Part shown: one piece after another, positions 1 through 8,678 of the stretch | Position numbering within the stretch: position 1 is the first letter of the stretch | How the letters are laid out: each line of letters begins with the position of its first letter | From: an uncultured Clostridia bacterium | GTDB lineage: Bacteria; Bacillota; Clostridia; Christensenellales; UBA1242 | DNA: 64,000 nucleotides | Assembly: GCA_947366895.1 (NCBI GenBank) | Contig: CANBBP010000005.1 | Span: 1 to 64,000, forward strand | Direction of reading: 5' to 3' | Position numbers and translations under genes: made by a program | The notes under the pieces: model-generated | Told to the model about the DNA's origin: nothing | The model's input: only the letters and a program-made list of their open reading frames with translations | The model's database searches: none

Positions 1-481
<481 letters not shown>

Positions 482-625
482 TAAAGAGAAGTGAAGTCGA
501 CGAAACCGATTGAAATATATCGGCAGGTACACAAGTTAGAAAGCAAACTAAATTAAAAAACTCTTGAATAAAAACAAGTAAAAATATAACCCAAAAACCT
601 TTACTATTAAAATGGAATTTAAAAA

Positions 626-656
626 GACTAACAAGAAATTGTTGGTCTTTTTTTTA
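626..656 (+). terminator. Rho-independent terminator ~145 nt after the 16S 3' end
   Basis: Stem gactaacaa / ttgttggtc (one G-U pair), loop gaaa, then a run of 9 T. Confidence 0.6.
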
Positions 657-882
657 TTTCTATAAAGAAAGATTTTAAACTAAAGGTTAATAATTAGGTA
701 AATAGTTTTAATAATATAAATAAAAATTAAATAGACATATAAAAAATATATTTATTAATTATATAATCAACAATTTAATTATTATATAAAATATTTTTGT
801 AGCAATATAAATATAGTTCTATTTAATTATATAATATATTGTAGAAATTTAAAGTTATAGTTACCTTTTTATAATGCTAATT

Positions 883-928
883 TAAATGAAATTTATTTTT
901 ATATTTAAATGAAATTTATTTTTATATT
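883..928. repeat. Perfect tandem duplication of a 23-bp unit (taaatgaaatttatttttatatt, two copies)
   Basis: The two copies are adjacent and identical in the sequence. Confidence 0.85.
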
Positions 929-1017
929 TAATTGGAGTTATTAATATAATAAAAATATTATAATGCTTATCGCGTTAGGCGAAGTTTTATAACGCACTAA
1001 GTGATAATATATTAATT

Positions 1018-1236
1018 ATGAATAAGTTTTGTTATATGCTAAGAGAATTAAGACAAGAGAGAAATCTTTCTCAAAGTCAATTTGCAAAAGAATTTAATGT
1101 TAGTCAAACAACTGTAAGTGGATGGGAAACTGGTTATAGAGAGCCTGATATTAATACATTAATTGAGTTAGCAAAATATTTTGGAGTTACTACTGATTCT
1201 CTTTTAGGAGTAGAAGATTGTTTAAAACAAAAATAA
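1018..1236 (+). CDS. XRE/Cro-CI family helix-turn-helix regulator, 72 aa (paralog 1 of 3)
   Basis: HTH_3 signature LSQSQFAKEFNVSQTTVSGWETGYREP and a C-terminal YFGVTTDSLLG. An ATG follows a short leader with homology to the gene-2 leader. Confidence 0.85.
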   Translation: MNKFCYMLRELRQERNLSQSQFAKEFNVSQTTVSGWETGYREPDINTLIELAKYFGVTTDSLLGVEDCLKQK

Positions 1237-1309
1237 TTTTAATTTAAACTTATTTAAGGAAGGGTTTAACAATATATAAAATTACCATTAATTTAACATT
1301 AAAAAAAAA

Positions 1310-1337
1310 GACTAACAATTTTTTGTTAGTTTTTTTA
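1310..1337 (+). terminator. Rho-independent terminator after XRE gene 1
   Basis: Stem actaacaa / ttgttagt, loop tttt, then a T-run. The stem sequence is nearly the same as the terminator at 626-656. Confidence 0.6.
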
Positions 1338-1399
1338 TTTATTATATGAACAAAAGAAAATATATTAAATATTTTTAAAAATTTGTAGTTTCAAAAGAT

Positions 1400-1597
1400 T
1401 TAAACTTCTTGCAATCTTTTTAAACTAACATTTAATCTTTTACAAATTTTATAGTAAGAAAAAAAACTAATGTGTTTTCCTGCTAAAACTTTTTCAAAAG
1501 TGGTTTTTGTAATTTTACAATGTTTGCAAAATGTAGGAATGTCTTTTTCATTAGAATTAATATATTTAATTATATAATTTATATTTTTTATAATCAT
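1400..1597 (-). CDS. Small HTH-like protein, 65 aa, divergent from XRE gene 2
   Basis: ORF whose C-terminal half (TKTTFEKVLAGKHISFFSYYKICKRLNVSLKRL) fits the XRE helix 3 plus C-terminal helix pattern. Shares a ~110-bp control region with the gene at 1710. Confidence 0.45.
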   Translation of the reverse strand: MIIKNINYIIKYINSNEKDIPTFCKHCKITKTTFEKVLAGKHISFFSYYKICKRLNVSLKRLQEV

Positions 1598-1633
1598 ATT
1601 TTCCTCTTTTAAACAAATAATAGATTTAATGCG

Positions 1634-1692
1634 ATATGCGTTAATTTATTATATAATGCATTTCGCGTTAAGTCAAGCAAATTAACGCATAT
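1634..1692. promoter_or_regulatory. Perfect 14-bp inverted repeat (atatgcgttaattt ... aaattaacgcatat) with a 31-bp spacer; candidate operator between divergent HTH genes
   Basis: Inverted repeat read directly. The spacer contains a tataat-like box and a tcgcgtta(a/g)g box that is also present upstream of gene 1 (969-978). Confidence 0.55.
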
Positions 1693-1709
1693 AGTGATAT
1701 TATCAATTT

Positions 1710-1913
1710 ATGAATAAGTTTAAATATATATTAAAAGAATTGAGAAAAGAAAAAAAACTTTCTCAAGCTGAATTTGCAAAGGAATTTAATATTGGTCAAA
1801 CAACTGTAAGCGGTTGGGAAACGGGTTATAGAGAACCTGATTTAGATACATTAATTAAGTTGTCAAAATATTTTGGAGTTACAACAGATTATCTATTAGG
1901 AATTGATTTTTGA
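1710..1913 (+). CDS. XRE/Cro-CI family HTH regulator, 67 aa (paralog 2)
   Basis: Close paralog of the 1018 ORF: MNKFKYILKELRKEKKLSQAEFAKEFNIGQTTVSGWETGYREPDLDTLIKLSKYFGVTTDYLLG. Confidence 0.85.
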   Translation: MNKFKYILKELRKEKKLSQAEFAKEFNIGQTTVSGWETGYREPDLDTLIKLSKYFGVTTDYLLGIDF

Positions 1914-2068
1914 TTTTTAAAATAAACTTATACAAATAAGTATAGGTTTTTTTATTTTAAAATTATTTATATATTAATAATTATTTATATTTATTTTTTG
2001 TATTACTCTTATTAGAGAGATTTGCTCTAAGATAAGTAAAGTTAATCAGATTGTGCTATTAAATTTAT

Positions 2069-2272
2069 ATGAATAAATTTAGCGAAAGATTAAAGGAATT
2101 GCGTGCTGAGAATAATATTTCACAAACAGAATTAGCGAAAGCTTTGAAAGTTGTTCAAAGATGTGTAAGTGGTTGGGAAAATCAGGGCAGGGAGCCAAAT
2201 TATGATGTTATTATAGAAATAGCAAAATATTTTAAAGTTACAACTGATTATCTCTTGGGTTTAGAAGATTAA
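2069..2272 (+). CDS. XRE/Cro-CI family HTH regulator, 67 aa (paralog 3)
   Basis: HTH_3 motif ISQTELAKALKVVQRCVSGWENQGREP and a C-terminal YFKVTTDYLLG. Its upstream region is different and contains the palindrome ttagag...ctctaa. Confidence 0.85.
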   Translation: MNKFSERLKELRAENNISQTELAKALKVVQRCVSGWENQGREPNYDVIIEIAKYFKVTTDYLLGLED

Positions 2273-2382
2273 TAATTTTATTAAAAAAGAGCTTTAAAAA
2301 AACTTATTTTAAAATATCTTTATTAAGTTAGAGTTTTTTTTGTAGTTGTAAATATAAAAATTATATGTTAATATAATTTATA

Positions 2383-3331
2383 TGGAAGAAGATAAAATAT
2401 CTGAAATTTTAGGCCAAGTGGCTCAATCAAAACCTTTTGCATGTGGTAATTCTAGAAAGTGTTATAATATATATGGTTTTGCTGTATTGCAGGAAAAGTC
2501 TGATGAAAAGGTTTCACTACTGCATTAAATTATCAAAGATTATCACAAATTTTTGTTCAACAAGGGGTTAATACTTCTTTAATTCATTTTGTGGATTTTC
2601 AAAATTGAAATTTAATTTATATTGAAGATTTAGTTAAGGGAAGTCCGGTTTATTATAGAGGTGCCAGTTCTTATTGTTTAGAGAATAATTTAAAAGAACC
2701 TAAAAGTTCAAGTAAATTATATGAAGAAATTAAAACAATGTTTATGCAGGAAAGGGGAATAGCTATTTCTGATTTTTTTGGATTTTCTAAAAATGAAAAG
2801 CGGGCTTTTTATAGCGAATTAGATAGTTATATTCAGCAACAAAGAGAACAAAACGCAGTTATAAGAGAAGAATATGAATATTGTAATAAGATAGATGAAG
2901 CAGTTAGGCAAGAAAATTTAAGCAAAGCCAAAACCTATGCAGGTTTGCAACAAGGTTTTTACGATAAATTTTTACAAGATTTAATGGTTGCTAGCAGGTA
3001 TAATCGAGGATTGGATTGTCATTCAGATAATTATTTATTTGATGAAGAAAGTGGATTTTCATTAATAGATTTAACAGTTTCTTTAAAAGAAGATAAAGAA
3101 CCTGAACCTATGTCTCAAGAAATTGTAGCTTTAGCAACAAGATATGCAAGCGACATATTAACTAGAGGTAGTGAAGATACTGCAGTTACAATGCAAATAC
3201 TTGAAAAAGTTGCAAACAGTGCAAAAACTTTTAATTTAGGTGATGAGCAAGATTTATGTTTACATTCTCCTAATGGTATGATTAACGTTAATGATATTTC
3301 TAGTTCATGTGATGACGGGCAAGAGCAATAA
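2383..3331 (+). pseudogene. Gene disrupted by about two frameshifts, possibly a kinase-like phosphotransferase of the CotS/APH fold; the intact 3' part is ORF 2738-3331
   Basis: Coding-like sequence is continuous across three frames (2383-2529, ~2517-2607, 2608-3331). The N-terminal fragment GNSRKCYNIYGFAVLQEK resembles a kinase-like nucleotide-binding loop. The 2738 ORF can be extended upstream in frame without an ATG. Confidence 0.35.
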
Positions 3332-3385
3332 ATTTTAAATAAGTTAATTAAAGATAATTAAAAAGGATAAAAAAGATAGATAAAA

Positions 3386-3416
3386 AAATAGTTGAAGTTA
3401 TCAACTATTTTTTTGA
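3386..3416. terminator. Bidirectional rho-independent terminator between convergent genes
   Basis: Stem atagttga / tcaactat, loop agtta, an A-run upstream and a T-run downstream. Confidence 0.6.
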
Positions 3417-3480
3417 TTTGTTGTTAAGTTACATTACTATCAAATTTTTAATTTATTAATAATGTTATGCTATTGATTTT

Positions 3481-4374
3481 TTATTTCATTGCTAAATCTA
3501 AATTACTATCAATAATAGGTTCAGGTTTTATTTCTACTAAAACAGGAAATTTAGGAGGTAAATTTTGTTCAGTTGATAAAGTATTTTCAGTAGTTCCTGC
3601 TTGAGGAAAAGTTTCCGCTTGTTGAATATCTATTAGTGTTGTAATATTTGTTTGCGGTATATCTGCTTGAGTAGTAACTTCATCTTGATTTGTGGTTTCT
3701 GCTTGAGGGGAAGGTTCTAAAATATCAACTTGTGAAGCAGGCTTATTAAAGGCATTGGTTAAATTGTATTCTTCAAGACTTCTTGATAGTGTAATTAAAC
3801 ATCTTCCAGTACCTTCACTATTATTATTTTTAGCATCTCTTATAGTTATGGTATCAGGATAACCATCAATAATTTCCTTATTTGCTTTTGGGGCAATAAA
3901 TACATTAGGAATGCCATTTGTATCGGCTTCTATCATAGCAAGGTCTTCTTTTGTATCTCCGCCTGTAATAAGTAAATTGGTTCCTTGTTCGCTAGGTAAG
4001 TTTAAAACAGCTTCAACACCATCTTTTTTAGATTGTGCTGGAGTTGTTAAAGGTTTTAAAGAGGCATCAGAGCAGTTATATATTTCTTTACATTTATCAC
4101 CAACTATGTAGTTAATTAAATTACCTGTATCACCTATGGCTAGTTTACAATACATATTGGCATAATAATTTATTATATTTACATCGTCTTTAATTCCTTC
4201 TACTTGGGCGGAACTTATGATTGCTATAGAAACTGTGCTTTTAGTAGCAAGAGCCATAGATAGTACACCTCTAAAGAAAGTAGGAAATCTTCCGCCATTT
4301 TCATGTTCTATACACTTTGGAATTAAATTATCTATTGTGTCATTATAATCTAAACACATTAAAATCTTATTCAT
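3481..4374 (-). CDS. HAD-superfamily hydrolase (Cof-like) with a C-terminal T/Q/P-rich low-complexity tail
   Basis: N-terminal DxD-like motif MCLDYNDTI and a distal GGDTKEDLAMIEADTNGI that resembles the HAD motif GDxxNDxxM. The C-terminal ~100 aa are T/Q/E/P-rich. Confidence 0.6.
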   Translation of the reverse strand: MNKILMCLDYNDTIDNLIPKCIEHENGGRFPTFFRGVLSMALATKSTVSIAIISSAQVEGIKDDVNIINYYANMYCKLAIGDTGNLINYIVGDKCKEIYNCSDASLKPLTTPAQSKKDGVEAVLNLPSEQGTNLLITGGDTKEDLAMIEADTNGIPNVFIAPKANKEIIDGYPDTITIRDAKNNNSEGTGRCLITLSRSLEEYNLTNAFNKPASQVDILEPSPQAETTNQDEVTTQADIPQTNITTLIDIQQAETFPQAGTTENTLSTEQNLPPKFPVLVEIKPEPIIDSNLDLAMK

Positions 4375-4430
4375 ATAATTATTTTATTATTCTTTTTAAA
4401 ATAAGTCAATACACAATTTTTTTTCCTATA

Positions 4431-5300
4431 AAAATCGAGTTTTTTATATATAAAACGATATAAACATATAAAACCTAAATCTTTTTTTATAATAAATCGA
4501 TATATTCATAATATATCTAATATAAACCTATAAAAAACGATATTTTATAAATTAATCTAAATTTATTTTAAATAAAACTCGATAATTTCATAAATAAAAT
4601 AAACTAATCTAAAAAAAATCGATATTTTCTAACAAAAACTTAAGTAATTCATTTAAAAAACTGATATATACATATAAAAACAAAATTAAACTAAAAAAAA
4701 TCGATATATTAATACAAAACTCGATATTTTCAATACTGCTTTTAAATATAAAAATCGATTTAATCTAAAATAATCTGATTTAATCTAAATAAACTCGATA
4801 TTTTCTAATAATACTTTAATTCCTTTTTTTAAAAAACGATATTTTTATAAATAAAATAATTCAATCTTATAAAAAACAATATATAAATAAAAAAAACGAT
4901 ATAATAATATATATATTTACAATAAAAAGCGATTTAATATAATAAAAGCTAAATAAATCTAACATAAACTAAAATAATCGTAAAAAACCTGATATATTCT
5001 AATACAACACGATATAATCTAATAAAACCTGTTAAAACATGTTTCAATTCTAAATAAATAGATATAATATAATAAAACTCGTTAAAACCTGATTTAATTA
5101 AAAATATATCGATATAAACTAATAAATCACGAAGTAATAATATAAAATCTTAATTATTCCAATAAAACCCGATATTTTTTAAATAAAGACTGAGTATTTC
5201 ATTTTAAAAAACTGATATATTCATAAAAAAACTGATATATTCTAAATAAAATCGATATATTAATATAAAATCCGATTTTTTACATTATTGGGTTTTTTCA
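4431..5300. repeat. ~0.9-kb AT-rich array of about 35-40 degenerate ~20-bp tandem repeats, consensus roughly AAAAYYGATATATTCTAATA
   Basis: Many spaced copies of aaaa(t/c)cgatat(a)tt, aaaactgatatattc, aaaacctgatatattctaat and similar at ~15-25-bp intervals. No ORF occupies the region. It lies between the HAD gene start and the rplJ promoter. Confidence 0.8.
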
Positions 5301-5383
5301 TTTTATATTTTAAAAATTCAAAAATATATTAAACTTAATTTACTAAATTGTTTATTTTCTTTTTAATTATACATAATAAAGTA

Positions 5384-5412
5384 TTGACAAAGCATAAGCA
5401 TTAATATATAAT
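5384..5412 (+). promoter_or_regulatory. Consensus sigma-A promoter of rplJ-rplL (TTGACA, 17-bp spacer, TATAAT)
   Basis: Exact -35 TTGACA at 5384-5389 and exact -10 TATAAT at 5407-5412. Confidence 0.75.
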
Positions 5413-5598
5413 TCTATTGTTTTAATAAATATCTTATTTATCAAAGACAGCAAGTGAAGGTAAACTTCGTAATTCTTTTTTAAAAAGTTCTTGCCGAGGT
5501 AAGTAATGAGGAAATTTTTTCTTTTAATTTAAGATAGTTTTACCTTGTACTTACTTTGAGTATAAGGTTTTTTTATTTTAACTTAAAAGGAGAAGTAG
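5413..5598 (+). promoter_or_regulatory. rplJ 5' leader, likely the autoregulatory L10 leader element
   Basis: ~185-nt untranslated leader between the consensus promoter and the rplJ ATG. Firmicute rplJ leaders are known L10(L12)4-binding regulatory RNAs, but the structure was not verified here. Confidence 0.45.
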
Positions 5599-6090
5599 AT
5601 GTCTAAAGAAGTTATAGAAGCTAAGAAAAAAGTTGTTGAAGAAATTAAAGAAAGATTTAACAATTCTAAAAGTGTAATTTTTGTAAATTATAAAGGTATT
5701 AATGTTGAACAAGATACTGCTCTTAGAAAATCTTTTAGAGAAAAAGATGTTCAATACAAAATTTATAAAAATAGACTTATTAAAATTGCTCTTGATGAAT
5801 TGGGTATCGCTAATTATGATGCTAAACATTTAGATGGTACAACTGCTATTGCTTTTGGTTCTGATGAGGTTGGGGCTGCTACTGTTTTATATAAAGCAAA
5901 AAAAGATTTTGGTGTTTTAGAAGCTAAGTTTGGTGTTATTGCTGGCGAAGTTGTTGATGAAGCAAAAATCGAAGCTCTTTCAAAAACTCCTACTAAAGAA
6001 GTTCTTATTGCAATGCTTCTTGGTATGCTTAATGCACCAGTTGCTGCTCTTGCAAGAGCTCTTGATGCTATCAGTAAAAAAGAGGCTTAA
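5599..6090 (+). CDS. rplJ: 50S ribosomal protein L10
   Basis: 163-aa ORF MSKEVIEAKKKVVEEIKERF... with RBS aaaaggag and rplL directly downstream. Confidence 0.93.
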   Translation: MSKEVIEAKKKVVEEIKERFNNSKSVIFVNYKGINVEQDTALRKSFREKDVQYKIYKNRLIKIALDELGIANYDAKHLDGTTAIAFGSDEVGAATVLYKAKKDFGVLEAKFGVIAGEVVDEAKIEALSKTPTKEVLIAMLLGMLNAPVAALARALDAISKKEA

Positions 6091-6210
6091 TTAAAATACT
6101 TATCCACTTTTTATTTTAAATTGTGTATAAGTTAAATTAAATTATTAAAAAATTATTTCTAAAAAATAATCAATTATAAAAAACAAAAATTTAAGGAGAA
6201 AAAAATTATT

Positions 6211-6582
6211 ATGGCAAATTTAGATAATATTGTTGAAGAAATTAAAAAATTATCACTTATTGAAGTAAGTGACCTTGTTAAAAAATTAGAAGAAGAATTT
6301 GGTGTTAGTGCAGCTGCTGCTGTTGCTGCTCCTGCTGCTGGTGCTGGTGCTCCTGCTGCTGCAGAAGAAAAAACAGAATTTACTATCGTTCTTAAAGAAG
6401 TTGGCCCAAATAAAATACCAGTTATTAAAGTAACTCGTGAAGCAACAGGCTTAGGCTTAAGCGAAGCAAAAGCATTAGTTGATGGTGCACCTTCAACAAT
6501 TAAAGAAAATGTTCCTACTGAACTTGCAAAAGAACTTGAAGCAAAATTCAAGGAAGCAGGTGCAACTGTTGAACTTAAGTAA
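6211..6582 (+). CDS. rplL: 50S ribosomal protein L7/L12
   Basis: 123 aa with an Ala/Pro-rich hinge ([21 protein letters not shown]) and the conserved C-terminal domain ...[10 protein letters not shown]. Confidence 0.95.
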   Translation: MANLDNIVEEIKKLSLIEVSDLVKKLEEEFGVSAAAAVAAPAAGAGAPAAAEEKTEFTIVLKEVGPNKIPVIKVTREATGLGLSEAKALVDGAPSTIKENVPTELAKELEAKFKEAGATVELK

Positions 6583-6620
6583 TTTTTAAATTACAATTAT
6601 TTAAATATAAATTTAAAAAA

Positions 6621-6652
6621 AATCACAAAAATTAATTTGTGATTTTTTTTAT
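6621..6652 (+). terminator. Rho-independent terminator after rplL
   Basis: Stem aatcacaaa / tttgtgatt followed by 8 T. Confidence 0.7.
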
Positions 6653-6728
6653 AATTCAAAATATAATTTAAATAAGAAATTTAAAAATATTATTTATTAT
6701 TAAATATAAAATTATAATTTAAATATTA

Positions 6729-7046
6729 TTAAGGTTTTAAATATGTCATGCATTTTGGTTCGTTGGATAAAGCGGCATTTACTGTTATTCCATTTGAAAA
6801 GCATCTATTATCTTTATTAAATAAACAGTTAGCATTACAGGTTAAGCACATATCTTTTAAATGTCTATAGTCTGCCACTTTTGGTGGGTTTTCACTGAAA
6901 ATAAGGCTACTAAAATCTTTTGTGCCTTTTCCTTTTTCGTTTTGATATTCAAGACATTCCAATTTTTTGCTGATTGTTATTTTTTCGGCACAACATGTTA
7001 AATCTTTATTATATTTACAGTTTGTTTTTCTACATCTTAAATCCAT
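6729..7046 (-). CDS. Cysteine-rich DUF1540-like protein (two Cys-motif repeats)
   Basis: Two repeats of a C..C......C(C)...I.(I/V)......C motif in a 105-aa ORF. Confidence 0.5.
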   Translation of the reverse strand: MDLRCRKTNCKYNKDLTCCAEKITISKKLECLEYQNEKGKGTKDFSSLIFSENPPKVADYRHLKDMCLTCNANCLFNKDNRCFSNGITVNAALSNEPKCMTYLKP

Positions 7047-7244
7047 TTTTAATTTTTCCTTTTTTTGTTTTAATTATTATCTATTAAAATAAATTTAATC
7101 AAAATAATTTTAATAAGAAATTAAAAAATTGGTTTTTATTAAATTAAAAGATTTTTAAAATAAATTTTTAATTAATAAACCCGTTTGCATATTATTTCTT
7201 TTTGTGTTATCATAAAATTACTTAAAAAATAGGAGCATAAGAAA

Positions 7245-7682
7245 ATGAAAGTTTTATTATTACAAGATGTTAAGGGTACAGGAAAAAAAGGTGAAATTGT
7301 AAATGTTAATGATGGCTATGCTAACAATTTTTTAATTAAAAAGAATTTAGCAAAAACCGTTGATAATTCAGTTTTATTAGAAAAAGCAAGTAAGGAAGCT
7401 AGTGTTGAAAGAAATAAGGCATTAGATAAACAAGCTGCAGAAAAAAAAGCACAAGAATTAAAAGGGAAAACTTTTAAAATAAGTGCTAAATTAGGAGATA
7501 ATGGTAAAATGTTTGGTGCAATTACTTCTAAAGAAATTGCAGAAGCAGTAACCAATGCTGGAATAGATTTAGATAAAAAACAAATAGATTTAGAAAGTAA
7601 TATAAAAGCAACTGGGGAATATACTATAGAAGCAAAGTTATATACTGGAGTAATAGCAAGATTTAAAATTCTTGTTGGATAA
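7245..7682 (+). CDS. rplI: 50S ribosomal protein L9
   Basis: [37 protein letters not shown]... is the typical L9 N-terminus; 145 aa. Confidence 0.92.
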   Translation: MKVLLLQDVKGTGKKGEIVNVNDGYANNFLIKKNLAKTVDNSVLLEKASKEASVERNKALDKQAAEKKAQELKGKTFKISAKLGDNGKMFGAITSKEIAEAVTNAGIDLDKKQIDLESNIKATGEYTIEAKLYTGVIARFKILVG

Positions 7683-7797
7683 AAATAGAGTAAAACTATA
7701 TTTTAATTAGATAAAATAATTAATATTGATTATTTATTTAAATTAATAAATTAATTAAATATTACTAATATTAGTATTTAATATAAATTATAATATT

Positions 7798-7833
7798 AAA
7801 AAAACAGCAACATAATTATTGCTGTTTTTTTAT
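7798..7833. terminator. Bidirectional terminator between rplI and the convergent peptidase gene
   Basis: Stem acagca / tgctgt flanked by an A-run and a T-run. Confidence 0.55.
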
Positions 7834-8553
7834 TTAATCTCTTCTTGTTCTTGCAAGCACGACTAATAAAAATCTTAGTAGGTTTAAAATAGATACTACA
7901 AGTGCTGCTACATAGGTTAATGCTGCTGCGGTTAAAACTTTTTTTGTTCCATCAATTTCATCTTCGGTTAAAGTACCGCTTGCTTTTAATATTTTTACAG
8001 CCCTTCTTGAAGCATTAAATTCAACAGGTAATGTTGCTAGATTAAATAGTACTGATAAACCAAAAACTATAATACCACTCCAAAGAAATATATCACCAGT
8101 TATTCCGCCTGCTTCAACTCCAAAGTTAAATATTAATCCAATAACTACAAGTGGCCACAATAGGGTGGAAGCAAAATTTGTAATAGGTACAAGGATTCTT
8201 CTAATTTGATAAGGAAGATATTTTTCTTTTTTTTGTAGAGCATGTCCAAATTCGTGGCAGGCTATTCCCAAAGCGGCAACTGAAGATGAAGAATAAACAT
8301 CTTGTGATAAACAAATTTCTTCTTTAGAAGGATTGTAGTGATCAGTTAGGTGTCCATTTATGCATCTTATTTGCAAATAATTTGTATCGGTTGCGGACAT
8401 TAACCGTTTTATAAAATCGCATGCTGTAAGACCACATGATGAATAGATATTTCTATATTTACTATAAGTGCTTTTAACTTTAAATTGTGCAAAGGTTGCA
8501 AGTAGTAATCCTGGGAGTAAAATTATCCCCATTAAATAATATTGAAAATACAT
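7834..8553 (-). CDS. Membrane zinc metallopeptidase (YugP-like, HExxH)
   Basis: HEFGH zinc-binding motif, a hydrophobic N-terminal segment and C-terminal transmembrane segments. Confidence 0.65.
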   Translation of the reverse strand: MYFQYYLMGIILLPGLLLATFAQFKVKSTYSKYRNIYSSCGLTACDFIKRLMSATDTNYLQIRCINGHLTDHYNPSKEEICLSQDVYSSSSVAALGIACHEFGHALQKKEKYLPYQIRRILVPITNFASTLLWPLVVIGLIFNFGVEAGGITGDIFLWSGIIVFGLSVLFNLATLPVEFNASRRAVKILKASGTLTEDEIDGTKKVLTAAALTYVAALVVSILNLLRFLLVVLARTRRD

Positions 8554-8678
8554 TTTAATATTCCTTTTTATTAAGTGGAATTTTTTATTTTAAGTGAAGT
8601 TTAATGATATAACTATTTATAGTATAGAACATATAAATAGTATTTGCAAATTTTTTGTATTTACTTTTTTATGTAATA

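Noticed and set aside
3911-4111. 66-aa plus-strand ORF
   Set aside because: It is antisense inside the HAD hydrolase gene.
4431-5300. Considered whether the repeat array is a CRISPR array
   Set aside because: The repeat copies are degenerate rather than identical, the intervening segments are not unique spacers of regular length, and no cas genes or leader are present.
5578-5829. 83-aa minus-strand ORF
   Set aside because: It is antisense to the rplJ start region.
6174-6551. 125-aa minus-strand ORF
   Set aside because: It is antisense to rplL, and its Ala-rich translation mirrors the L7/L12 hinge.
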